The notes beneath the pieces were generated by a model. It saw only the letters and a list, made by a program, of their open reading frames with translations, had not been told where the DNA came from and did not search any database. From a virus, in the IMG/VR virus record IMGVR_UViG_3300040811_000825, positions 4,184-68,183 of that record: a DNA stretch of 64,000 nucleotides. One strand, 5' to 3'. This document shows positions 27,262-36,242 of this stretch, piece after piece. Positions within the stretch are counted from its first letter, which is position 1; each line of letters begins with the position of its first letter. The translations under genes were made by a program, and so were the position numbers.

Positions 27262-27423
27262 CTACTTGTGTCCCTTGTCAAATGGTTCCCAGTGCTGCCA
27301 GTTGTATTTGTGGACTGCCCACATCCCCAGAATAGGAACAAACACTAGTGTCATACACATAGGTGCTAGTGTCCAGGGATTATTTAAAGTCCAAGCAGCA
27401 AAGTGTGCAATTTTATGAATCAT
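27262..27423 (-). CDS. Small membrane protein (53 aa)
   Basis: Manual translation: MIHKIAHFAAWTLNNPW...HKYNWQHWEPFDKGHK. Confidence 0.6.
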   Translation of the reverse strand: MIHKIAHFAAWTLNNPWTLAPMCMTLVFVPILGMWAVHKYNWQHWEPFDKGHK

Positions 27424-27553
27424 CATTCTCTAATTCTCGTAAATATTCTTTCCACCAATCAGGATCTTTTTTCATTCTCCATTGTGGAACTGGTAGACCC
27501 CTCTCAGAGTAATACTCATCAAGGGCCTTATCGATAGTCTGTGCGATCTCCAT
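27413..27553 (-). CDS. Hypothetical protein (46 aa)
   Basis: Start moved to MEIAQTIDK; GAGG RBS. Confidence 0.6.
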   Translation of the reverse strand: MEIAQTIDKALDEYYSERGLPVPQWRMKKDPDWWKEYLRELENDDS

Positions 27554-27737
27554 ATTCCTCTTCCTCCTCATCAACGTCTTCATATGGGTTTTCCAAATAA
27601 GGTCCGTGTGGTTTGAGTGATTCTGCTCGGACATACTTCTGCTCATCGTTAACTGCTGAAATCCACAGCGAAAGTTTCATAATAATCCAGATCAATGCTA
27701 ATGGCATAAAACAAGCAATGAGAATTACTGGTTTCAT
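27528..27737 (-). CDS. Membrane protein with an acidic tail
   Basis: ORF track. Confidence 0.7.
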   Translation of the reverse strand: MKPVILIACFMPLALIWIIMKLSLWISAVNDEQKYVRAESLKPHGPYLENPYEDVDEEEEEYGDRTDYR

Positions 27738-27904
27738 TGTTCTTCCTCTTCATCGTAATCGTAAGTTAATCTACAATCCCAAAGATCTTCATCCCATTCT
27801 GGTTCATACATGGGACATGGTTCTTCAAACAAATGGCCCATTCTAAGTTGATTAATTCTTTCCCGCAATGACTTATAAAATTCTCTTTTTTCGTCTGGAT
27901 CCAT
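27734..27904 (-). CDS. Acidic hypothetical protein (56 aa)
   Basis: Manual translation MDPDEKREFYKSLRERINQLRMGHLFEEPCP...; ATGA overlap. Confidence 0.6.
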   Translation of the reverse strand: MDPDEKREFYKSLRERINQLRMGHLFEEPCPMYEPEWDEDLWDCRLTYDYDEEEEQ

Positions 27905-27910
27905 TTACTT

Positions 27911-28126
27911 TTATAGGGTAATCTTTAACCAGGGAAACAGAGGATCAATTACTCCAATGAGTCGAAGCAGACCCTCAGCAAAAAGTGCAAGAACAACCCA
28001 CCCAACACACATACTGATAATTGAAGCATTACGATTATGTTGTCGTATGGCATCATCAATCATCTCCTGCACTTCTTCTTTAGTGATGTAATCCTCAGGA
28101 TTGATCTTGGTCATTCTGTGACTCAT
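27911..28126 (-). CDS. Small membrane protein
   Basis: ORF track; IRQHNRNASIIS followed by a TM. Confidence 0.7.
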   Translation of the reverse strand: MSHRMTKINPEDYITKEEVQEMIDDAIRQHNRNASIISMCVGWVVLALFAEGLLRLIGVIDPLFPWLKITL

Positions 28127-28361
28127 CCTCAAGTTTTCCCAAAGTTGTCATTCTATCTTTCCAGGTTACTCCGCCATCCAAACCTTTGCAAGGATTTATG
28201 CAGGTTTCGTCACCAAAACTATTACAAACTAATCCAGCAAGGTCTAGCTCATTTCCTAACTTACCAGTTCCAGACCAATAGTGCTGTCCCCCTATCCAGG
28301 TAGCCCCACACTTAGGACAAGTTTTATTATCAGATGACAAAGATGATTGATCATCAGTCAT
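28095..28361 (-). CDS. Cys-rich hypothetical protein
   Basis: CPKC, LAGLVC, CINPC. Confidence 0.75.
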   Translation of the reverse strand: MTDDQSSLSSDNKTCPKCGATWIGGQHYWSGTGKLGNELDLAGLVCNSFGDETCINPCKGLDGGVTWKDRMTTLGKLEDESQNDQDQS

Positions 28362-28572
28362 TCTTCTTGTACTCCTTGAAAAAACTTTTGTAGTCGGCAG
28401 TATCCTTAAGAAGTCTTCTTCTAAGTTTCTGCTCCATCCACTTCATTTGAACTCTTATCCAAGCATAACGAATTTGGAGATCAATGAATTGGACCAACCT
28501 TATAGTAGCATCATACCCAGCAAAAGCAACTAATGCAATAATTGTCAGCATTAGCAAATAAAAGAAGGTCAT
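28354..28572 (-). CDS. Membrane-anchored hypothetical protein
   Basis: ORF track. Confidence 0.7.
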   Translation of the reverse strand: MTFFYLLMLTIIALVAFAGYDATIRLVQFIDLQIRYAWIRVQMKWMEQKLRRRLLKDTADYKSFFKEYKKND

Positions 28573-28634
28573 TCGTGAGCTCCATATAATTGTATATAGA
28601 TGCTACACAAATTCTTAATGTTTATTAAAGAAAA

Positions 28635-28721
28635 CGGAGAGTGGGAGAATCGAACTCCCAAGGGCTTTAACACCTCGACGCTTTTCAAGAGCGGTTCCGT
28701 CACCTATCGGATTGACTCTCC
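28635..28721 (-). tRNA. tRNA-Ser(TGA)
   Basis: CGCT-CTTGAAA-AGCG; long variable arm. Confidence 0.92.
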
Positions 28722-28900
28722 AGATAATCCTTTTCATTTTGATAAGGATGTTTTTGTTGAGTCCAAATCTGATAACCTTCTATCAAATCTGGAATCAACC
28801 ATTGTTCCACTCTATAACAATACTTCCAATTGACAGGTTGAATGCAATTCATTACAACTACTTGGAAGAATGCTATTAGGTGAATCCAGAAACTAAGCAT
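28700..28900 (-). CDS. Hypothetical protein
   Basis: ORF track; TAATG-coupled; stop lies inside tRNA-Ser. Confidence 0.65.
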   Translation of the reverse strand: MLSFWIHLIAFFQVVVMNCIQPVNWKYCYRVEQWLIPDLIEGYQIWTQQKHPYQNEKDYLESQSDR

Positions 28901-29148
28901 TAACGAACTTCAAAGTCTAATCTACGAACTTTACGCTTTCTCCTTTGTTCTTGATAAGCAAGTTCTTCGCGAGAGAAAACACTATCAATTTTTACTTCTC
29001 TATCATATGATACCATAACAACTTTATCTAAGTCAACAGCTCCAACTTTGTTATTGACAAGATTCATTTGATTTGGACATCCACAGGTTTGTACTTTATT
29101 TGTACTAGTTAATTCTGTGTTGCATTCTTTGCATCTTACGATAATCAT
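28900..29148 (-). CDS. Zn-ribbon-like hypothetical protein
   Basis: CKEC...CGCPN. Confidence 0.75.
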   Translation of the reverse strand: MIIVRCKECNTELTSTNKVQTCGCPNQMNLVNNKVGAVDLDKVVMVSYDREVKIDSVFSREELAYQEQRRKRKVRRLDFEVR

Positions 29149-29176
29149 AATACAGGATGTAAGTGATTTATTTATA

Positions 29177-29248
29177 TGCCCGAAGAGGGGATCGAACCCC
29201 CGACAATCTCCGTGTAAAGGAGGTGCTCTACCGCTGAGCTATTCGGGC
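29177..29248 (-). tRNA. tRNA-Val(TAC)
   Basis: CTCC-TTTACAC-GGAG; cloverleaf. Confidence 0.93.
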
Positions 29249-29251
29249 AGA

Positions 29252-29324
29252 CTCCTCCACCTGGACTCGAACCAGGGACAGGGTGATTAACAGTCACCTG
29301 CTCTACCAACTGAGCTATAGAGGA
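29252..29324 (-). tRNA. tRNA-Asn(GTT)
   Basis: GGTGA-CTGTTAA-TCACC. Confidence 0.94.
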
Positions 29325-29482
29325 TTATCTTTTTGTTCTTTCTTGAGTTTAAAGTAGAGTTTATAATATCTCTTCTTCATATCATCAAGAATTTTGTTGT
29401 CCTCTTCAAAACCCAATCTTTTGGTGTGCATATAGCACCCCTCAAGTTCACCTATCAATAATAAGATTTTTATTGGGTCCAT
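29315..29482 (-). CDS. Hypothetical protein (55 aa)
   Basis: Start at MDPIKILL; stop lies inside tRNA-Asn. Confidence 0.6.
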   Translation of the reverse strand: MDPIKILLLIGELEGCYMHTKRLGFEEDNKILDDMKKRYYKLYFKLKKEQKDNPL

Positions 29483-29498
29483 GATGAAAAAGGACAAG

Positions 29499-29570
29499 AG
29501 CGGAGTATCGGATTCGAACCGACGACATCTAACTTGGAAGGATAGCGTTCTACCACTGAACTAACTCCGC
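29499..29570 (-). tRNA. tRNA-Gly(TCC)
   Basis: CTATC-CTTCCAA-GTTAG; GCGGAGT acceptor stem. Confidence 0.92.
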
Positions 29571-29623
29571 AGTGCGGGACTTACACAAGAGAAGAGGTGG
29601 TGGTGGTTTCTCTTGATGCCCAT
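29571..29623 (-). ncRNA. Candidate hairpin RNA forming the pre-tRNA-Gly leader
   Basis: CAAGAGAA-accaccaccacctc-TTCTCTTG, downstream of TTGACA-N17-TATGAT. Confidence 0.45.
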
Positions 29624-29659
29624 AAGACAATCATATCAGGTGGTTGATAGATTGTCAAG

Positions 29660-29733
<74 letters not shown>

Positions 29734-29771
29734 ATGAGATAATCATACTAGATGTAGTAGTGATTGTCAAG

Positions 29772-29853
29772 TGGGCAGGGAGGGATTTGAACCCCCGTAG
29801 GCAGAGCCAGCGGATTTACAGTCCGCCTCCATTAACCACTCGGACACCTACCC
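29772..29853 (-). tRNA. tRNA-Tyr(GTA)
   Basis: GCGGA-CTGTAAA-TCCGC; long variable arm. Confidence 0.94.
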
Positions 29854-29910
29854 GATGAACTAATTATAAAGGTTCTTCCTATTTTTGTAAAGAGCTTAAG
29901 TAATACTTAT

Positions 29911-29966
29911 AGCTCCCCTTGGAACCGGACAAGCCAGATTCTACTTATGATTCAGAGTATTGTCAA
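29911..29966 (-). promoter_or_regulatory. Sigma70-type promoter with repeated leader motif (copy 1)
   Basis: TTGACA-N17-TAGAAT-ct-GGCTTGTCCGGTT-cc-AAGGGGAGCT. Confidence 0.65.
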
Positions 29967-29970
29967 GCAT

Positions 29971-29998
29971 AAAAAAAGAGGAGTCGTTAGACCCCTCT
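29971..29998 (-). terminator. Intrinsic terminator
   Basis: AGAGGGGTC-taac-GACTCCTCT-T6. Confidence 0.85.
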
Positions 29999-30014
29999 AG
30001 AACGCTCTGTAAGA

Positions 30015-30209
30015 CTACTCTAGGTAGAGTAGGTCAATCTCTTCACCCTCTGGTTCAATCCACTCTGCGAACTCCTGGTAGATGGCATAGGCATCGTCTA
30101 GTTGTCCTGCATCATGCTGGTGAATAGAGACCAGTTCATGAATCTCTCCAATGCGCTCCAAGGCCCAATCCTTGATGTCACTGATGTTTTCTTCAGTCGT
30201 CTTTTCCAT
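30015..30209 (-). CDS. Acidic hypothetical protein (64 aa)
   Basis: Start moved to MEKTTEEN. Confidence 0.7.
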   Translation of the reverse strand: MEKTTEENISDIKDWALERIGEIHELVSIHQHDAGQLDDAYAIYQEFAEWIEPEGEEIDLLYLE

Positions 30210-30630
30210 AATAATCTTTTCGGTAGTACCTACTGAGGATGTTGCTATTGTAGTAGGCGGGCACTCCTTCGTCAAGGGATTCGGTGAGGACATTGTTTCC
30301 AAATAACTGTCGGGTTTCTTCAAAATTAGTTTTGCCCTTCGTTTTATGAAGGCTGATAATAACTCTACTAAAATTTTGTTTGCCGTATTTGATAATGTCT
30401 TCCTTAAGTTCTGGACAAGACCCATAATACTTTTTCCAATCCGATTCTTGCTTTACTTTTCGTTTCTTACCTTTTGGAGTTCTAAATGACCAGAAGTATT
30501 TCCTTCCAATGTACTTGCGACCGTTTTGTAGATTTGTAATGAGGTAGACAAAACCGAACTTATCGCCAATACTTTCAGATAAAAAAGGTTGTCCTTCAAA
30601 AAGCCAGGGATTTTCATAATCGATACTCAT
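30193..30630 (-). CDS. GIY-YIG nuclease, T4 endonuclease II (DenA)-like
   Basis: FGFVYLITN..NGRKYIGRK, WKKYYGS, YNSNI. Confidence 0.85.
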   Translation of the reverse strand: MSIDYENPWLFEGQPFLSESIGDKFGFVYLITNLQNGRKYIGRKYFWSFRTPKGKKRKVKQESDWKKYYGSCPELKEDIIKYGKQNFSRVIISLHKTKGKTNFEETRQLFGNNVLTESLDEGVPAYYNSNILSRYYRKDYYGKDD

Positions 30631-30775
30631 CAATAATATCAAATACTTTATTCAGATATTTATGTGCCAGCCCTCTTGCTTCGGATCCATACTTATGTTC
30701 TTCCCAATAAAGGTCATTCTTTAATCGCTCCAACTTAGTCTTAAGTTCTGCAATTGTTACTTCGTTTCTAGGCAT
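30614..30775 (-). CDS. Hypothetical protein (53 aa)
   Basis: Manual translation MPRNEVTIAELKTKLERLKNDLY...KYLNKVFDIIDEYRL. Confidence 0.6.
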   Translation of the reverse strand: MPRNEVTIAELKTKLERLKNDLYWEEHKYGSEARGLAHKYLNKVFDIIDEYRL

Positions 30776-30801
30776 AAAAAAAGGGGAGTATTACCTCCCC
30801 T
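30776..30801 (-). terminator. Intrinsic terminator after nrdB
   Basis: AGGGGAG-gtaata-CTCCCCT-T6. Confidence 0.85.
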
Positions 30802-30813
30802 ATCTAGCAATAT

Positions 30814-32010
30814 TTAAAGTTGGAAACCACTGAATGTGTCCTTTTTCACATCTTGTTTAATTCCACCAACAACATATGATTCAACCTCTGTCTCTTGTGG
30901 AGCGACCTGGAGACCCTTAGAAGAGATCCAGTGCTGCGTCCAAGGCAGCGGATTGTTCTTAGCAGCAATATCATAGACTGGTTTCAGTCCAATTGCTTTG
31001 AGTCTTCTATTTGCAATCCATTCCACATACTGTTGCAGAAGTTTATCGTTGAGGCCAATCATCGATCCATCCTTAAACAGGTAGTCTGCCCAACGCTTTT
31101 CCTCATTTACAGCACGATCAAACGCAGCATATGTCCACTCTTCTTCTTCCTTCATGATTTGCTTCATTTCAGGATCATCACCCTGCGCCCACTTATTCAG
31201 AATATTCTGAGTGATTGCTAGGTGTTGGTTTTCGTCTCTTGCGATAAGACTAATGATTTTAGCGGATCCCTCCATAAGCTTAAGTTCACCAAAGGCGAAA
31301 CTACAAGCAAAACTAACGTAGAACCGAATACCTTCAAGAATGTTAACGTTTGCGACTGCTCTATAGAGTTTGCGTTTGACATCTTTGATCTCCCATTGTG
31401 CTGATGGTGAATCTTTAAAGTCTGCCTGCCACATGCTACCATTGCCCCATGTTTGGGCACTACTGATGAAATCATCATATGCCTCTGTAACGCTGCTAGC
31501 ACGCTCCAGAATACGTGGGTCAGTTACAATCTTATCAAAGACCTCTGATGGGTCTGAATATACGTTCTTGATAATGTAAGTATATGAACGACTATGGATC
31601 ATTTCCATAAATCCCCAAACTTCCATACATGCTTCAAGTTCAGGTAAGGAGCAGTAAGGAATGAAAGCCATTCCAGGCCCACGACCTTGAATTGAATCAA
31701 GCATGATCTGATACTTCAGGTTGGAAGTATAGATGTGTTTCTGTTCGGGGCGAAGTGTCTGATAATCTCCACGATCTTTTTGGAGTGACACTTCTTCAGG
31801 TCTCCAGAAGTATCCCAGTTGTTGTGTTGTAAGTTTATCAAAAACAGGATACTTGTAGGAATCGTACCTCTGGACTCCCAGAGGTTTGCCAAAAAACATT
31901 GGCTGCTTTTTAGTGTTTACTTGTTCTGTATTGAAGACAGTCATGCCTTCAACAGTTTTCACGGATGCTGGTTGATCCATTGACGAAATCTTAAACTGCA
32001 CAGGATTCAC
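30814..32010 (-). CDS. nrdB: Ribonucleotide reductase class Ia beta subunit
   Basis: FWRPEEV, EMIHSRSY, LEGIRFYVSF, RDENQH, VAPQETE. Confidence 0.97.
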   Translation of the reverse strand: MNPVQFKISSMDQPASVKTVEGMTVFNTEQVNTKKQPMFFGKPLGVQRYDSYKYPVFDKLTTQQLGYFWRPEEVSLQKDRGDYQTLRPEQKHIYTSNLKYQIMLDSIQGRGPGMAFIPYCSLPELEACMEVWGFMEMIHSRSYTYIIKNVYSDPSEVFDKIVTDPRILERASSVTEAYDDFISSAQTWGNGSMWQADFKDSPSAQWEIKDVKRKLYRAVANVNILEGIRFYVSFACSFAFGELKLMEGSAKIISLIARDENQHLAITQNILNKWAQGDDPEMKQIMKEEEEWTYAAFDRAVNEEKRWADYLFKDGSMIGLNDKLLQQYVEWIANRRLKAIGLKPVYDIAAKNNPLPWTQHWISSKGLQVAPQETEVESYVVGGIKQDVKKDTFSGFQL

Positions 32011-34291
32011 ACTCTCCCTCCTCGGCTTGTTCTAACTCATTTAGCAAATTATCTAGTTTGGTATTGTTTTCTTCCTGAACTTCATCAGACTTAAGATCGT
32101 TTGTATTCTGATAGTAGGAAGTCTTCCAACCGTACTTATATGTAGTCAAAAAGTCTTGTGCCATCACGGACACTGGGACTTCATTATCTGGATAGTTCTC
32201 TGGATTGTAACTCCAGTTGCCAGAAATTGCTTGATCAAAGAACTTTTGCATCACAGCAACAATATTAATATAACCACGATTGGACTCCATATCCCAAAGA
32301 AGCGTATAATTGTTCTTAAGAGAATGATATTGAGGAACAATCTGCTTGAGAGGGCCCTTCTTGGATTTTTTAACGGACAGGTAGTCTCTAGGTGGTTCGA
32401 TTCCGTTGGTTGCATTTGACACAACGGAACTGCTCTCCGAAGGCATCTGTGCGGACAGAGTGCTGTGTCGGAGGCCGTGCTCCAGGATAGACTGTCTAAG
32501 ACCCTCCCAATCATGCTCATACTTGATACTGCTGATCTCATCTACATCCTTCTTGTATGTATCAATTGGCAAGATACCATCCGCATACTTGGTGCGACCA
32601 AACTCTTCACACCAACCCTTTTCTTTAGCAAGTTGGTTGGATGCTTTCAGCAGATAATACTGGAAGGACTCAGTAAGTCCATGAACTGCATCCCATGCCT
32701 CTTGGGAGTCATATTTGTAACCAAGCTTGGCAAGATAGTGTGCCAGTCCGATGAAACCGATTCCAAGCGATCTCCGTGCCTTTGTAGCACGCTCTGCAGC
32801 AGCAACTGGATATCCTTGATAGTCAATCAATTCTTCCAGTCCACGGACAGAAAGATCACAAAGTTCTTCCAACTCTTCGTCAGACTTGACCTTACCCACA
32901 TTGATGGCAGACAGAATACACAGGGCAATCTCACCAGCAGTATCATCAATGTGGTTGATAGGATCGGTAGGCAGAGTGATCTCTTGACACAGGTTAGACA
33001 TATTCACCTTATCCTTGAAGGAAGAGTGAGAGTTACAGTGGTCGATGTTCATCAGGTAAAGACGACCAGTCTCTGCTCTCTCCTTGAGAATATCAAGAAT
33101 TAGTTTCTGTGCTCCGATAGTTTTTCTTGGAATAGACTCATCCGATTCATAGCCCACATAGAGATCGTCAAATGAATCAGTACCAAAAGCATCATACAAA
33201 CCTGGTACGTCATGCGGTGAGAAGAGGCTAATCTCTCCATCCTTAATGAAACGTTCGTAGAAAAGTTTTGAAATCTGGATTGAGTAGTCAAGTTTTCTTA
33301 CGCGATTATCTTCTGTGCCCTTATTGTTTTTAAGGACAATGATATCTTCTATCTCTTGGTGCCAGATAGGAAAGTGAACTGTAGCAGAACCACCTCTGAT
33401 GCCGTTTTGTGTGCAGCATCGCACAGTTGCTTCAAACTTTTTAAGGAAGGGGACCACGCCTGTGTGTTGTACCTCTCCACCTCTGATTTTAGAATTGATA
33501 CCACGGATTCTGCCTGCGTTAATGCCGATACCAGCCCTTTGTGCGACGTATCTGCCAATAGCCATATCACTGCTAAAGATACTATCGAGGGTGTCATCAA
33601 CATCAACGAGAACACAAGATGCAAATTGACGAATGGGTGTTCTGACCCCTGCCATGATTGGCGTTGGGATGTTGATCCGATGCTTGGAGATTGCGTCATA
33701 ATACCTCTTGACATAGGACATCCTAGTGTCCTTTGGATACTCAGCAAAGATAGTCAGAGCAATCATGATATACATCTGTTGAGGAGTCTCAAAGACTTCT
33801 CCAGATGATCTGTCCTGTACTAGGTATTTATCTACAACCTGCCTTAAACCAGCATATGTAAACAGAAAGTCACGATCATTATCAATGAAACTTTCTGCCT
33901 TCTTAATTTCTTCAATCGAATACTTAGTGAAGATATCTTTGTCATAAACATCATCATACGCAAGCTTGGTGATGTGATCGGACAGAGAAGGAAACTCTCT
34001 CATACGACCATACAACTGCTTACGAAGTGCAAACAAAAGCAATCGTGCTGCAACGAACTGATAATTAGGGTGCTCAAGGTCAATCAAGTCACTAGCCGAC
34101 TTAATCAGAATTTCTTGAATCTCTGCTGTAGTAATGCCGTCATAGAATTGAATTCCAGATTTCATTTCAACTTGACTTGCAGATACTCCTGCAAGACCCT
34201 TGGTTGCTTCTTCAACCATCAGGTGCATTTTATCTAGATCAAGGGACTCAATTCTTCCATCCCGCTTTTTAACCTTGGTGCCGTTGCTCAT
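31991..34291 (-). CDS. nrdA: Ribonucleotide reductase class Ia alpha subunit
   Basis: ATP-cone N-terminus, FASCVL, SNLCQEI, NGIEP, C-terminal CESC. Confidence 0.98.
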   Translation of the reverse strand: MSNGTKVKKRDGRIESLDLDKMHLMVEEATKGLAGVSASQVEMKSGIQFYDGITTAEIQEILIKSASDLIDLEHPNYQFVAARLLLFALRKQLYGRMREFPSLSDHITKLAYDDVYDKDIFTKYSIEEIKKAESFIDNDRDFLFTYAGLRQVVDKYLVQDRSSGEVFETPQQMYIMIALTIFAEYPKDTRMSYVKRYYDAISKHRINIPTPIMAGVRTPIRQFASCVLVDVDDTLDSIFSSDMAIGRYVAQRAGIGINAGRIRGINSKIRGGEVQHTGVVPFLKKFEATVRCCTQNGIRGGSATVHFPIWHQEIEDIIVLKNNKGTEDNRVRKLDYSIQISKLFYERFIKDGEISLFSPHDVPGLYDAFGTDSFDDLYVGYESDESIPRKTIGAQKLILDILKERAETGRLYLMNIDHCNSHSSFKDKVNMSNLCQEITLPTDPINHIDDTAGEIALCILSAINVGKVKSDEELEELCDLSVRGLEELIDYQGYPVAAAERATKARRSLGIGFIGLAHYLAKLGYKYDSQEAWDAVHGLTESFQYYLLKASNQLAKEKGWCEEFGRTKYADGILPIDTYKKDVDEISSIKYEHDWEGLRQSILEHGLRHSTLSAQMPSESSSVVSNATNGIEPPRDYLSVKKSKKGPLKQIVPQYHSLKNNYTLLWDMESNRGYINIVAVMQKFFDQAISGNWSYNPENYPDNEVPVSVMAQDFLTTYKYGWKTSYYQNTNDLKSDEVQEENNTKLDNLLNELEQAEEGECESCAV

Positions 34292-35265
34292 ATCTTCTTC
34301 CAGGTAGTAAATTTAAGTTTTGCTTCTAAACCAGAGTAAGTATTTAATTCTATCAAATTTTGGACATCATGTCCAGACATAACCATATCATTAATATCCT
34401 TATCATCAATGCGTTCGGGCCAGATAACTACTGACTCACCAGCATCGATGGTTTTTGAGATTCGGTTAACGATTTCTCGATTGCGTGGTTCGTTGTCATA
34501 AATCCACACAGGATTGCTAATCCCCCAGCGACTAACATCAGCATCAGCTCCGCACATAGCAATCGCATTGCGAATGAATGTGCTGTCGAATGGTCCTTCT
34601 GTAACATAGACTGGAGCATCTGTTCTGATGTTATCAAGTCCGTAGATTTTTGGTGCATCATCATTAAACATCACAGTGATATATTTAACAGACTTAGGAT
34701 TTGCAAAATCCATAGATCTGCCCTGAATTCCAACTAAGTTCTTATTATAGTATAGTGGAATAATAATTCGCGGTTCATCATACTTTGTGTCATCAAAAGT
34801 ATGCTTGATTCCATTTACAAACTTTTTAAAGTGTTCGGCATAATAAAAGTCATCTGGACAGAGTTTCCTTGCCGTAAGGTATCCCTCAGATCTAGCATCC
34901 TCCGAACACTTAGGAAGTTTAATCTTTGCCTTAAACTTGGGAACCTCAAACTTAAATTCAGGTTCCTCCGTAAAGAAGTTCCTGCCAGTATGGCCACTTT
35001 TAAATTTCTCCATAATATATTGCTTATGGACAGCAGGATCCACCTCCTTCAAGAAGTTGTTGAATGACATCGATGCGCCACAATTATGACACTTGAAGTT
35101 GGTATTTGCCTTCACCGCATACAAATATCCGCGTGTCTTATTTTTGTTCTTCTGTGAGTCTCCACAGATAGGACATCGGAAATTATAGAGGTTTGACTTT
35201 ACTCTTTTGAATTTTGAAAGTCTTGGTGATACAAGTCCAATAAACTTGGAATCAATATGATCCAT
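34288..35265 (-). CDS. gp61: DNA primase (T4 gp61)
   Basis: CPICGDS..CHNC zinc finger; TEGPFDS TOPRIM; KDINDM. Confidence 0.95.
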   Translation of the reverse strand: MDHIDSKFIGLVSPRLSKFKRVKSNLYNFRCPICGDSQKNKNKTRGYLYAVKANTNFKCHNCGASMSFNNFLKEVDPAVHKQYIMEKFKSGHTGRNFFTEEPEFKFEVPKFKAKIKLPKCSEDARSEGYLTARKLCPDDFYYAEHFKKFVNGIKHTFDDTKYDEPRIIIPLYYNKNLVGIQGRSMDFANPKSVKYITVMFNDDAPKIYGLDNIRTDAPVYVTEGPFDSTFIRNAIAMCGADADVSRWGISNPVWIYDNEPRNREIVNRISKTIDAGESVVIWPERIDDKDINDMVMSGHDVQNLIELNTYSGLEAKLKFTTWKKI

Positions 35266-35653
35266 TCACAAAGGCAACCGCTGGCACTACTATAGCACTT
35301 TCTGCGGAAGATAACAAGGGTTTAACCATTTTTATTGCTTGTGGATTGGACAGTGCTACAACTGCTCCCAGTGCTCCGAGGCCAATCCAAAGTTTTCGTT
35401 CCAATAAAGATAATCGTTTACCAACGCTGTCGTGATCGCTGTCCATTTTATCACGGAGTTTGTCGATCTTATCAAACAATACTGAGTCGATTTCTTCTTG
35501 CTTCGATATTCTTTCCTCATGAACCGCTAACATGCGCGACACATTATTATTTACCTCAGCAATTTTTTCAATAGCAGAATCTAACTTAGAGACAAATGCC
35601 TCAAAATTCTCAAGTCTTTCTTCTAGTACAGCTACCTTAATTTGATCTGCCAT
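35252..35653 (-). CDS. Coiled-coil protein with a C-terminal TM
   Basis: ORF track; LAVHEERI. Confidence 0.8.
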   Translation of the reverse strand: MADQIKVAVLEERLENFEAFVSKLDSAIEKIAEVNNNVSRMLAVHEERISKQEEIDSVLFDKIDKLRDKMDSDHDSVGKRLSLLERKLWIGLGALGAVVALSNPQAIKMVKPLLSSAESAIVVPAVAFVNGSY

Positions 35654-35849
35654 TTTCAGATTTCCAAATCTTTCGCAATCCCTTCTGGTAAATATATTTC
35701 TTTTTCTTTCTTCTTACTGGAGGGTCATCACCTGCTTCAGCAGAACCTGCAATCTTGCCACTCGCCATTGAGTTGGTAGGAACATTCGCTCCCACAACGC
35801 CCTCTTCGCGAATTTGCTTTAATCGTTCAAACAGGTTCTTCTTTTCCAT
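35637..35849 (-). CDS. Small basic protein, possibly capsid-internal
   Basis: IREE...PTNS, DDPPVRRKKKK. Confidence 0.7.
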   Translation of the reverse strand: MEKKNLFERLKQIREEGVVGANVPTNSMASGKIAGSAEAGDDPPVRRKKKKYIYQKGLRKIWKSENGRSN

Positions 35850-36222
35850 TGTAGATTTGATATAAGGACTTCATACATTCAAGATCGACCTTGATGTCAT
35901 GAATAAAGGTTTTAGGATACTCTGGAAATTTATTCAAAAATATTATAAAACTCTTCATCGCAGGCCACAAATCTGAATCAATCTTAAAGAATAACATAGG
36001 AGTTGCTGCTTCGCCAAATATATTATACAGAATGATAAAGTGATTTACTAACAGGTGAGTTTTAAGCTCACCTGTATTACGATATCGTTTCAGTAGTCGT
36101 TTAATATACTTGAAATGATTTAAATCTTTTTCAAAGTCTTTTTTAGTGACTGCCTGAGGATTCTGATGATATTTGATGGCAAACAGGAGGAAGTTATCCT
36201 CATTCAGTTCATTAAAAATCAT
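35827..36222 (-). CDS. T4-like phage hypothetical protein
   Basis: FKYIKRLL...NHFIILYNIFG. Confidence 0.85.
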   Translation of the reverse strand: MIFNELNEDNFLLFAIKYHQNPQAVTKKDFEKDLNHFKYIKRLLKRYRNTGELKTHLLVNHFIILYNIFGEAATPMLFFKIDSDLWPAMKSFIIFLNKFPEYPKTFIHDIKVDLECMKSLYQIYNGKEEPV

Positions 36223-36242
36223 ACTTTAGTTAGATTAGTTTA

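Noticed and set aside
28592-28606. NtcA-like GTA..TAC site
   Set aside because: Spacer is 9 nt, not the required 8
32156-34237. Multiple antisense or alternate-frame ORFs within nrdA (up to 212 aa)
   Set aside because: Shadow ORFs of a conserved gene
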